Positions 22,087 through 34,146 of a DNA stretch of 64,000 nucleotides are shown here, piece by piece. Source of the stretch: Basidiobolus meristosporus CBS 931.73 (lineage: Eukaryota; Fungi; Basidiobolomycota); NCBI GenBank assembly GCA_002104905.1, contig MCFE01000468.1, positions 5,947 through 69,946 of the forward strand, written 5' to 3'. Each line of letters opens with the position of its first letter. The first letter of the stretch is position 1. The notes under the pieces are model-generated. The model searched no databases, was not told where the DNA came from, and worked only from the letters and a program-made list of their open reading frames with translations. A program made the position numbers and the translations under genes.

Positions 22087-25000
22087 GATTCAGCGTGGCC
22101 AAGCTGCAGCATTGCATGCATCAACTTGGAGGCAAAATACTGACTACAAATACACAAGTAGCCAAGAGGATAATCAACAAGAAAGTAGTTTAGGTGTGTA
22201 CAGTGAATCACCACCTAATGCTTCAGTAGTAATACCTGTGAGAAAAAACCCTAGGAGAAGATGATGCAATTGCATTGAATTGCCATCAGTTGTAATGATC
22301 CAAACAACACATTTTTTTTGCAATCAGCATCAAGCCATTGCAAATCAGTGATCACTAAATTTTTGATATAAGCAATACCAAGGTTTTCTCACATTTGAGA
22401 CAGGACCTCAATAAATAAACACCCTGCATATGTATACATCATCTGTGGCACCAGTGCAGTCATTTGATCTGATTTGCACTGATACAATTGGTTGTGTGCT
22501 TGCTATGACACCTTGTCCAATCACTAAGATTAGGAATTTACTTGCATAATGGGCAAAATGGGATATTTAATGGCAAATCAGGTAGCTTGTGTATTGGTCA
22601 AAGAGCCAATTGGGGGCTGACAGCTTTGGGAAACTTTTGGACCAATCAACCACTGAGATACCATTCAATTGGAGTGATGGTAACTAAAATGGTAAGTATC
22701 AGTGTAGTTTATATTGTGATATGCATTTATTTCCATTTACATTAAAAAAACATATCCAAATATCAGATTTTACATACCATAATAGCAATATCAGATTGTA
22801 CACATGATGCAAATGTTACAAGTTGGTGCAATCATTTGTGTCAACCTCATTGTGTGAGATTGTCCCACATGGTGCAAAATTGTCCAAGAGCAATCCTGCC
22901 TACTGGTAGCTACAATATTGCTCCCAGATGTTCTTGGAGACTGCAGATTGCATTGTGCACCCTGGTACGGTATGATGGAACAAGTCTATACACTTACTCT
23001 CTGTTTGTGACTTTCAGACTGTTGCCTTGATATGTCCTGTGTATATTACCCTTGAAAGCCACTTAACCACACTAATACATCATGGAGTACATTGATCATT
23101 TGAGGCCAAACTCATTCAGAATCTCCTTGATTCCCAAAGTTGAGCATCCAGTCCATACTGCGCAAATTGCGTGTGGAATTGTTTGCATGCTGCTCCCTCA
23201 TCAAATCCCCTCACTCTCAGCGCATTCTGGATTTCAATACTTGTCTTGTTGAATATCTTCTTACAAACATCTGCAGGCATTGTGAAGTGAAATTCATGCC
23301 CCTGCTTTCTACTCAAGTTCTTCAATATCTGTTTACTATCTAAGGTATCCAGTTTGGCTAGATTAATGGGTGTTGTGCATCAACATTTGAAACTTTGCCC
23401 ATTTTGTACCAATTAGAAAATCTAGTACCCTGACTGATTTCTCTAAGCCAAATATAACTAATCCCAGTCATGATGTGTTTTATTTGATCACATAATCTAA
23501 ATTTAGCTGTAACAACTGATCATTTCTTAGGTGGCCATTGAATTTTCAACTTATCTGCCAAGCCTCCTGGTGATTATTCATCTGAGATCTATCTAACCAC
23601 TAAGCAGTTGCCAAGACATCACCTTATTCATGATGCAAATTTTCATTACCATATGTACCTATCAACACCCCAACAGATTTAAATTACTCCAGTTACTTGG
23701 TGCTTACTAATACAGCTTAATCAAAAAAAGTATAAATAAAGCTTACTGAACCTTTTGGCTTAGTGGGTGTCTCAACAAATTTGAGATTGTGCCTTAGCAA
23801 AAATAAGAAATCAACAACTGCATTGAAGCTTCTACCCAAGCTTGGAATATATAGCATTCCCAAGAACACCAAGCCTAGCCTGCATAGCAAGTCAACTCTG
23901 TTGCCTTTATAGCCAAACTCAGCTATAATCAAGACCAATATTGGTTCAGAGCCTCTCTGGTAATACTTCCCCACTCTCTGACAATTCAAAGATTCTGCAC
24001 TTAGTTGTCACTTAGGTTAAGTTACACCATTCAGGAGTTTTATTACATTCTTCTCTTGGATACAACATTTTTTTCCCTGAATTCCATTACATTCCACTGA
24101 TTTACAATATGTCCTCTGCAGCAAGTAATCCAGATCTTTCCATGTTGAAAGAAGCTCAGAGAAATCAGCAAGAGCTTACTGAGCAGCTCCAGAACATCAT
24201 GTGTGAAAGAGACCCCTTAATGCTTGAGCACTCAAAGCTTGCCAAGACAAGATTGCACTTTTATTGCAGAGATGAGCTCTTTGAAGTTATTTCTGGTTAC
24301 CAAGATGAAAATGGAACAATCAAAGAAGCTCTGGAGAATATTGCTATAGTAATTGACAGCATTGGAAATCCACCAAGCCTTGCTCTGCATCAGCTGCCAA
24401 AAAGTCATACCTTTGAATCCTCCAGATCTACATCTCCCTCTAGACCTGCCCCAGTAGGTGTCCCAAGATCCTTGCCTTGTTATGCTAAAGGAGGCAATGC
24501 AATCAAGAATCCTACTGAGCATCTTTACAAATTTAGTCATATCTTAGCTGCACACCAGCTAGAGCTTAACACCAAATGGGCTAAGCCTCTGCCTCTCTGC
24601 TTCCCCATGCAAGACACTACTGGGTTGAAGTGAATATCTTCCAATAGTAGATGGAAAATTCCCCAAAGCCACATTTGCAGCCATTTTCAAGATTCCCTCA
24701 GGAAAGCACATCTGAACTGCAACTCATGGAAAATTAAAATGTAAAAGGGTGAATCTGTGCAACACTTCTGTAATAGATTCCAGAGACAAATGAAATTAGC
24801 TGGTGTTAGTGATGATAATCCATTGCTTACTTCTCCTTTTCATTGGGACTTATCACACAAGCTACAGAGCACTATTGCTATTGTCAAAGCATGCAACCCT
24901 GCATGTACTTATGACAAAACCTCAGAGATATGTATACTTGCAATCACCATGACTGCAGCTGTAAGCCAGGCTTCAAGAAACTCCACTCAAGATCTAGCAA

Positions 25001-25675
25001 CAACTGGAAAAGAAAGCAGTCATGTAACCAAGTAGAAGTCTACTGTTACCCAGCATTGTGAGCTTCATGGAAGATGCCACTTTTCCACTAGTGAATGCTA
25101 AGGCATAACTAAGCTGTCAAACAAGTCAGGAAACACCTCCAAGAAGCAGCAAAGCACCAAAATGGATAATCTATATGCTGATGACAAATGCTTTAAATGT
25201 GGAAAGATGGGACATTGTTCACCTCCTTGTCCTTAGAAGAACTCTATATCATCAGCAAAAATTACTCAGATCCAAGATGATTATTCAGCTGATGAAATGA
25301 CAGGGTGTGAAGAAGCATATGAAGAACTTACAGTTCAAGATTATCACAACCTCTTTGAACTAGAATTACAACTGTCCATGAAAAGAAGCAACCAATCACA
25401 CAGCTAAAAGCTATAAAGGTGCAACTTAACCTCAATGGCCAATCATACGTAGCACTACTGGACACTGGATCATCCAATTCTATTGTACCACCAAATGTAG
25501 TCAAAAACTCAAATTGGAAATAGAAAAACAACCTGGAAAATCACACTTGCAGTTAAGGACCTTGCAGCCCCAAGAATTGGTATCACCATCCCAATCAAAA
25601 TATATTAGGGCTCAGTAACATATAATCCATCAAATGGAAGTTTTGGACATTCCAGATGAACCTCAGGTAGTCATT

Positions 25676-28311
25676 GGACCTGTTCCATTGAACTGCTCCA
25701 GGGCATGCAGCTCAATCTGTAGTCTCTAAGAGCAATTGGGTGCAATATTATAGCTACCAGTGGGCAGGATTGCTCTTAGACAATTTTGCACCATGTGGGA
25801 CAATCTTGCACACTATGGCACAATCTGACACAATGAGGTTGGCACAAATCATTGCACCAACTCATAATGTTTGCATCATATGGCTTTGGTGGTGGAGGTA
25901 CTTCATGTGGGTCATCTTCAGTCAGTTTACCAGAAGAAACTTGCTGATGGCCAGGTGTAATGTAATGTCCAGATGCCACTTGATGTGCTGGCATGGCCCT
26001 TGACTGAGTTTGAGCTGATGCCGCTTGTTAACGCAACTTGGCCTGCTCCAATAGACTTGTGTCTAAATGAGCAGTTTGGCAAGTTCTGGTGGTTTTGCCC
26101 TGAAGCGTGTGCGTTGACCCAACATGTGTTGACTCAATGCAGGGTGCTCTTGTGAAGGGTGTTGGCATAGTTGGACTGACATGCGCCGGCGTGTTGAAGT
26201 TGCAAGGGATGGCAAGGAATCCAGCAAGGCAAGCTGGCATGATCTAGATGCTGTTGCTTGCAGTTTGTATTCTTCCTCTTGAAGCTCATCTTGTGATTCC
26301 TCAAGGTATTCACTTACCCTCTGTCTTATACTTTTGAATTGCTGCCTGGATGAGTCCTGTGTATATTGCTCTTGGAAGCCACTTAGCTCTACTAATATAT
26401 CACATAATACATTAGTCATTTGAGGCAAAAACTGATTCAAAATCTCTTTGGTTCCCAAAGTCAAGGCACAAATGGATGCGTCCAACCTGTACTGAGCAAA
26501 CTGCGTGCAAAATTGCTCCCACATGGCTTCCTCTTCAAATTGCCTCACTCTCAGCTCATTCTTGATTTTGATACTTGTCTATGTATATATCTTCCAACAT
26601 ACATCTGCTGGCATCTTGATGTAGAACTCATGCCACAGATTTCTACGCAGGTTCTTCCATCTCTGTTGACTCTCCAAGGTATTGGGTTCTGCTAGAATAA
26701 TGAGTAGTGCCCAAATATATGTATGAAGGCTCATCATAGACACTTGGGCCATACTGAAATCATTTGGCAAGAACTCAAATGGATCAAACATCAACTTTTC
26801 TGGTCCGGACCAAACCTGTGAGCTGGGGGATGGGTTTTGCATGGGTTGGGCTAAACATGAGTTGAGACTTGGTATAGGGACCATAGTGACGGATTTGGAA
26901 ACTTATACAGTAGTGTATTGGCAGCAACCTGGTCTTCTATGAAATACATATGAAAACTAATGTGATTGTTGAATTTTCTATATATTATGCATGATGCATC
27001 TTGGATTGCATTGACAAGGATCAGCTGACATCAATTGCAGATTTCCTATTTGATCACAGAATTGTGAGTAAAACATAAATAAAAATACCAGGTCATTGTT
27101 TGAGGATGATTTTTGAAACATAATGATGGGATACATGGCAATTGATGGAGATTTAATCATAATACATGGAAAACCAGATAAATAAAGCCAATTGTGCCAA
27201 ATTGATTCAAATCACCTCATCCCAATCAACTACCAATTAAATATGACTTACTCATCTGAATGGTCTTTTTTCATCAATCCCAATGCTACCACTGGATTTA
27301 CTTTTGACACACTGGAGGAGAAACATACCCAGTACTGTGGACCATCTACCCCAATCTACTCAAGGAGATCCCTTGTTGAGCTTCTCTGCTATTACAAGAA
27401 CTATTGCCCTACAAGGTTTCATCCCACCATCCATGGCAACAAAAGTCCTAGAAGCTTTTATTCCTAGCTGACAGCAATGGAGTACCACCTTGCAGAGGGA
27501 ATGAATGACTTAGAGCAAGCTTAGAGTAGTAGGTTCAGAAGCTCCAATAGACTTCCATATCACAGAGTGTTCAGCAACTGGTTGAATATAAGTAGCATTT
27601 TGGATACCTTCCCAGTCAGGATTAACAAATCTTCTAGAGGGCAGAGGCACTTCATATTCTGGCAAGTACAAGGCACACTGTGTGAAGCTTCAAGTACTCT
27701 CTGACATTGAGGGTAACATCATCTGTTTTAGTGGGCCATTTGATGGAAGTAGGCATGACAAAGCAATCTGGATAGAGAAGCATCCAGAACTCAGTAGAGG
27801 GGAGAAATGTATGGCAGACTTAGCTTATATAGGAGAGGATTGTCAGAGATTAGGATTTACTATGGCTTATAGGAAGCCAAGGAATGGTGTGCTTAGCAGA
27901 AAGCAGAAGCTCTACAATCAGATATTTAATCATTTCAGAGTGAGGGTGGAGTATACATTTGGATACCTAACAAGATTCAGCATATTGGAAAGTAAATACA
28001 GAGGAAAGCTGTATATAAGAGAAAACAGCAGAATAGGTGAAATAGTTAAGATACTTATCAATGCATAGTACATTCATTCGTGAAGACATCCACTGAAAGA
28101 AATGTGTATGGAGCATTATGAAGAGTAAACAAAGCAAGGAAAGCACTACTCTGAGCAACATAAGTGAGATTGAGTGAAATTACCAGTAACTATATCCTAC
28201 CACTGGCATTATGGCAGAGATTAAAGTGCCAGATGGTGCCTTAGAGTGCCAGATTGATCCAGCACTATAAACAGGCTGGCACTATGTGGCACTATCCAAC
28301 AGAACAAGTCT
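25676..28311 (+). mobile_element. PHIS transposon copy C (2636 bp), both ends, TSD ATT, accessory gene internally deleted
   Basis: ATT|GGACCTGTTCCATTG ... CCAACAGAACAAGTCT|ATT. Removing it and one ATT restores the host Gypsy protease frame (EPQVVIGVETFSKL). Confidence 0.92.
27166..28128 (+). pseudogene. DDE_Tnp_4 transposase, copy C (stops and frameshifts)
   Basis: DTFPVRINK, GPFDGSRHD, MADLAYIG, RVRVEYTFGYL; homologous to 18536-19489. Confidence 0.85.
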
Positions 28312-31300
28312 ATTGGTGTAGAGACCTTCTCTAAACTTGTCTCTCATATAGTCAGACTACCAGGTTTCTATCCTGATATCACTATAACTTAGCCACCTGT
28401 AGTGGATCAGATTCCAAAATTATCTCATCCTAACCAAGAGAAGTAAATACTACCCCAACTTTTCAAACATATCCTCAATCAGTCAGAAACCAAGCCAGCT
28501 CAAGGAACAGTTTCCGCACTATTCCAGAATTGACTATTATACTAGTAGCACTACCTGGAGAGTCAACATAGAGGAAACAATTCCTAATCCTGCATTCCTG
28601 TCAGCACTTAGTAGCTGAAATAGTCCAATAATGGGCTGACAATGGGATTATCACTCAAGCCCCTGTTGACACAACATTCAACAGCCCCTTGATACTTGTA
28701 CATTAGAAGGATACTGACAGGAATTCAACTCTGAAGAGACCCTGTTTGAACCCCAGACCTCTGAACAAACTTCTCCAATATGACAAATTCACAATCCCAA
28801 TAGTCCAGGATATCTTTTCCTCACTATCAGGAGCAGGAGTATTCTCCAAGTTGGACCTGTAGGATGCATATCATTGTTTCCAGATTCATTCTGATCATCC
28901 GCATTAGATTGCCTTTACTTGGAATGATATGCAATGGATGTTACAGGGAGCTCCCTTTGGCCTAAAGACACACACCAGCCAGTTTCAGAGAGGTATAACC
29001 ATAATGCTCAAATATGCACCAAATGCCTTAGTATTTGTTGATGACATCATCATACTCTGCACAAACTGTGATACTCATTTAACTCATGTCACTGATGGAA
29101 CAAACAGATTTCCAGCTGATAGACTGATTCTCTATGCTCAAAAGTGCAGTTTTGCTTGCCACAAAATCAACATGCCTGGATTCATAGTTATACCAGCTGG
29201 CCACCAGTTAGACCATTTTAAATTGGTCAATACTCCTGAATAGTCAAAAACCATCAGCACTAAGCAACTCTGATATTATCATGCAGTATTTGACTATTTC
29301 ATGGAACTCATACTACTCATCTCCTTATTGAGTGCCCCTTTAGATGCATTATTGCACAGCCCTGATCTTCCCTCAGCCAGGAACAAGATTCATGACTAGC
29401 CCTTTGAGTTACTCTGCTGACTACTTCCACAAGCACCCATCTTATTCTACCCAGACTTTACTAAACCCTTCATTTTTGCTACAGATGTGTCCAATGTTTG
29501 GCTAGGAGCAATCCTCTTTCAGAATGCAGAGCAAAATCCACCTCACTGGACTTCTTTCCAAAAAAAATCCAAACAACATGCTGGGAGAAGCTAGTCTGCC
29601 ACCAAGAAGGAGTTACTTCCCATAGTCTTTGTCTTGAAGAAGTTTCATCATTACCTACAAGATATCCATTTTACATTGTAAGCTGACCATTAAGCACTTG
29701 CTTACATCCACACCCAAAAGACTCTGACTACCATGCTTACCAACTGGCTGGATACCCTACTTGATTACAAATATAAATTATTCACAGCCCAGGAATTTTC
29801 AACATCCTGCCTGACTACCTTTCAAGACTTCACCAACTTCACATTGGGAGGGACATGTAAATACTGACATAATCAGTAAACTCAGAACAACTGCTGAATT
29901 AATTCCTCAGCTAGATTCAGTAATTTGGAAAATCCCACCTGCAGATGAAAGAAAACGTTGCTACAGAGGAGTCATTTACTTGACCAATTTGGAGCTGACA
30001 CACTTATAAGGAAGCTACACTCTGATACATATCACTGGGTAAATATCAAAGCTGACTGCCTAGATTTGTCAAGTCTTGCCAAGTCTGTGAGCTTTGCAAT
30101 ACCAGCCACCATGGATCTCACGCTTTGAGCCCCATTCATGTAGGCCTTCATACAGATTATATTTTAATTGATCTAGCTGGACCTTTCACCACTAGTAATC
30201 ACTACCTCCCTGTAATGTGGATGTCTGCACATGCTTTGTCTTCCTCAAAGCTATCCCAGACAAGAATGCTGCCAATATTGCACAGGCACCATTCAAGCTC
30301 ATCTGCCTCTTTGAATTCCCTAAGGTCATTCAATTGGCTATGGAACAGAATTTGTGAGACACATTGTCAGAGCTCTTTGCCAGAGTAGTGCCATTTATCA
30401 CAGTCTAATCACTCTACATCACCCCAAAGCTAATGGACTTGCTGAAAGACAAGCCCTGACCTCAGTGAATTTCATCAGGAAATCAGTCAAAGGTATCAAG
30501 AAGAACTGGAACAAATGCATTGACACTGTACAGTATGCTGTAAACACCAAAATTGCTGCTCTACATGGATTAATGCCATTTTCTTTAATGTTTAGAAGAA
30601 GATTCAAACACCTTGGAGACTACCAGAGTATAGATTATCCAATTTAACAGCTGATAAGCTGAAGAGCCAACTTCAGTGCCTTGCCAACATAGTCTACCCT
30701 TTCATCAGTTTCAGAAGTAAAGACTACACATATAGATGAACTCAACTTATACCTCAAGACAAAGGAACAGCAGCTTCCCTGATAGCTCCTATTTATGATG
30801 CCAGATTCAACTCAGCAATCTAAACTTGCCTCTAAATATGGAGGCCCATTCAAGGCTGTCAGATGCACTACTGGAGGAGTTTATGTACTTTGAGACAACA
30901 TTGGAGCACTGCTATCCAACAACATTCCACCTTCATCACTCAAGGTTATATTTCATAGCCCAGTAACTTTAAAGCTCAATGATAGTGATGCTATTGTTGA
31001 CCATGATGGAGAAGTACCAAATTGCCTTTATTTAGTCAGGTGGAATGGCTATAAAGTCAAATATAAGACCTAGGAACCTTACGCCAACTTTGATGATATT
31101 ACTATTATCAATCAGTATTGGAGCTGCATGGGAACCTAGAAGGTATCAGAAAACTCTGTTTGTGGCAGAAAGTGATGTTTTGCATCAACATTTAAGACTT
31201 GGCTAATTTCACTAAGTTAGAAAACTTTAGCACCATACCTGATTTTCCCTAATCCAAACATAACTAATCACAGAACCTATTTTTGCTGTCACACCTGAGC

Positions 31301-31399
31301 AATTCTCATGTGGTCATTACATCCTATGCTAAACTTGTCTGTGGGAGGTATGATTGCCCTACCACAGTGTAAGTGGGTATAGCAAAAGAATATACCATT

Positions 31400-32110
31400 T
31401 GGTAAATTGGTTCACTAGTGTTATACAGAACTGGCTGTAAGCTGCCATACTGCCATTACAATGCCAGCAAAGGTTCTCAACAAGGCCATCAGAACACCAT
31501 CATGTTTCTTGACATATAAGGCAATTGGATGTATTAGCCAGCTAGGTTGGCTCAAGTAAATGTAAAACACCTGAATAATGTTAGAATGCCATGCAATGTT
31601 GTCAAAAGATTGCTCAAACACCATTGAGGTTTATCCTTTAGTTGGACCCCTATGAGAAATCTCAAACCTGGAATTCATGTGATTTTAGCTGGTATTGTGC
31701 TGGTAGTCTAATGGTATATAGCAGGCCTTCAACTGGTGTTTGGGTTGAAAATTTCAAATGCAATACTAGATGGAAGTAATTGGGAGCAAATCATCAAATT
31801 TGGCATAGATGCTAGTTTGCCTAGTCCCCTCCTGGAGAACCTGTTTGCTTGCCTGCCCATCTGCTAAGAATGGAGATATTGAGAGTTGTTGATTTTGTTA
31901 AACTTGGAATTCAGCTGATACTATGATGGTATTTTGCTGGGTGTTTCCAAATTTTTTTCTTAGAGGCAGTAAAATCAACAAATTACCATTAGAATCCCAT
32001 CAAAAGATTGTGTAAGCTGCCAGCTTTATGACAGACTCATTGCAGAATCCTGACAGCTAATCCAGATTGGATTCACCTATGGGACCAAGTTATTTTGCAT
32101 AGGGGTAAAG
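31400..32110 (-). repeat. Unclassified dispersed repeat family X (contains a MITE Y insert); other copies at ~33597-33985 and ~57147-57535
   Basis: Shared blocks such as ATAA(T/C)TTGGTCC..GGTG(G/A)ATCC, CAATTG.CTTA.ATGGCAA and GTTCTGTATAA. The 31.4-kb copy is inverted relative to the other two. Confidence 0.55.
31647..31966. mobile_element. MITE-like family Y copy
   Basis: CCCCTATGAGAAATCTC ... TTTTTCTTAGAGG; reverse-complement similar to 17977-18270. Confidence 0.65.
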
Positions 32111-32358
32111 TAGCTAGGATAGTCATCAATGCACAATATGTTCAAGCAAGAAGTCATCCACTGGGAGAAATGTGCCTGGAGCACTATGAAAAGCAATCAA
32201 AGTAAGAAAAGTATTATTCTGAGCAAAATAAGTAAGACTGAGCAAAATACCTGTACCAGTATCCTACCACTGGCATCATGGTAGAAATAATAGTGCCATA
32301 TCAATCAGGCGTCATAAATTGGCTGGCACTATTGGGTACTATCCAACAGAACAAGTCT
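32110..32358 (+). mobile_element. PHIS right-end fragment (transposase C-terminus plus TIR)
   Basis: KVARIVINAQYVQARSHPLGEMCLEHYEK-like segment, ending CCAACAGAACAAGTCT|AAT. Confidence 0.7.
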
Positions 32359-34146
32359 AATATAATTCTTAGAAGATGATATTCTTGAAGTGGCTGAGAT
32401 CAGGTAGTGCCAGTAACTTGACTTGTGTTCCTACATCCCCAAACATCTGCTTCACAGCAAGCTCCCAAAAGGTGAAGCAAGACCTAATATTTGCCACACA
32501 CCAAGCAAGAATGAGTAGAGATTGGATACAGTATTAGCATCATATGGGAAAAATTTGTGATGATCCTGTCCTAAGTCCTGTGACTAAGAGAAATTGATCC
32601 TATCAGGACACTGTGCAAAGGCCATGAAAGTAAATTTCACCCCAGATTTCACAGGAAACTTTGTCAAAATTTACAACACCACAATACGTAGGTGACTTTT
32701 GTTTGGCTCTATGCCAATTCTCTCATTTTCTGTTCCCAGACACTCAATCACCCCCTACATTTGTGTACATTGATTGGCTATTGCCTCTGTTTCACACTCA
32801 TTACTACCTGACTCAACCAATTCTCTTACTTTTCATGCATACAAATGGATATATTTCTGTTGAAAATTCAGGTATGCCTCAATTGCCAGTTGTGTTGACC
32901 TATATAAGTCCCTATACCCAGCACTAACTTTGAGCCTAACCCCACATTCAACATGTAATTCAATTAGAATCCACCATTTGATAGATATTTCTGCTGCAAT
33001 GCCCATTTTTCATGACTTTGGCTGGGACCTTGCAGTTTGTACCACTGTTCATTCACTGGTTCCCATGCATCTCAGTCTTCAGCCAGAACTGCAAGCTCTA
33101 GCACCTTGACTGCCAGTTTATGCAATAAGTCCATGCACAATTCACCCATGTTTTTGTGTTCCCTGCTCTTGAAGAAGTTCTGGAACCTTTTGGTATGCCC
33201 ATTAATCTTTCAAAACTCCACTGTAGGCATTGTGAGGTCCTTTGAGTTATCAATGTTGTTGCTTTGTCTGTGAGTGGGATCACTACTCTGTCTACAATGA
33301 AGGATGTGGAGGTTGTGGTAGCCAAATTGTCTTTCTCTGCAAACTCATCCACCATGCTGGATTATGGTTCAACTGACTGCTGTTCCAACTCTTGAGAAAA
33401 CAGCTTTTGTCATGTTGGTAGTGCTTCTTGGCTTTTATGGGAGTCAGCCTGCTCTTGTCTGATGGCATCAATTGTTGAGACCTGCAGCTTTTTTCTGATC
33501 CTTCCCTGTCTCTGGCATGGGTGAAATTTTCATGCTTTACCTTCAACTATATGACTGCCAACTCTTTGACTGAGTGCTTCTTGTATTTTACATGCACCAT
33601 GAAAAATAATTTGGTCCTGCAGGTGGATCCAATCCAGATCAGCTGTCAGGATCCCATTTAGAGACTGTCATAATACCAGCAGCTTGGAACTAGTGACCCT
33701 CCTAACAATCTTATGATGGGATCATGATGGTGTTTTGCTAATTTTGCAACCAAATAAAGGAATTAAAATTGGCAATATTTTAACGGTACTGTGACAATAT
33801 TTACATGGTATTGTTATGGTCTTTTGGCGCTCTATAATTATTTCAAGTGGATCCAATCAGCTGGGACATTCAATTGCCTTATGTGGCAAGAAGCTTGATG
33901 GTGTTTTGACGGCCTCACAGCAAGACTCTGATGGCATTATATTGGTAGTATGACTGCCTACCACTTGTTCTGTATAATGCTACTGTTGTAGTGCAGTCAC
34001 AGTGACACCCACTGACTGATGTGCTCATTTCCTTAATTTCTACTTCCCTATTTCTCCACTACACTAACTTTAGTTTTATCCCATTTGTCTTACTTGATCA
34101 GTACTATCCCGTAAGCCAACTGACTATCACACCTACTTACCTTATT

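Larger units (their letters stand above)
19771..22960 (+). pseudogene. Accessory gene of the PHIS element (unknown family, intron-containing, Cys-rich C-terminus), split by a solo LTR
   Basis: DPFEFLPNDFSMAQ..., FDEEATWEQFC, EYLEESEGELQ, DNDPQEVPPPP and WCNH..QP.CVRL..V..CP segments recur in copies A, B, C and D; many stops. Confidence 0.6.
18344..22987 (-). mobile_element. PHIS transposon copy B, both ends present (~3.4 kb plus a 1.24-kb solo LTR insert), nested in copy A
   Basis: Ends ATT|AGACTTGTTCCATT and ATGGAACAAGTCT|ATA; flanks rejoin as CAAGGTATTCACTTAC, as in the uninterrupted copy C (~26304-26319). Confidence 0.85.
16634..23370. mobile_element. PHIS (PIF/Harbinger-superfamily) transposon copy A: left end plus accessory gene, interrupted by MITE Y and copy B, truncated by the Gypsy LTR at 23371
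   Basis: Begins ATT|AGACTGGTTCCATTG. Accessory-gene sequence is collinear with copy C across 16634-17976, 18271-18343 and 22988-23370 once the inserts are removed. Confidence 0.8.
23371..31320 (+). mobile_element. Decayed chromodomain-bearing Ty3/Gypsy retrotransposon, interrupted by PHIS copy C
   Basis: Gag (24109-25035), CCHC knuckle CFKCGKMGHC, protease ALLDTGSS (~25450), RT (LDL.DAY, QGAPFGLK, FVDDII at ~28850-29050), RNase H, integrase (30125-30647), chromodomain-like YLVRWNGY...EPYANFDD...QYW (~31030-31125). LTR-like starts TGTTGTGCATCAACATTT at 23371 and TGTTTTGCATCAACATTT at 31176. Confidence 0.85.

Noticed and set aside
31400-31430. Helitron 3' end (hairpin plus CTAG) for repeat X
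   Set aside because: Only a 5-bp stem; the other two copies have CTAC; no 5' TC end found.
33098-33590. Minus-strand ORF remnants between the two repeat X copies
   Set aside because: Probably TE-derived but no assignable motif. The candidate X termini face inward, so the segment is not supported as cargo of a composite element.
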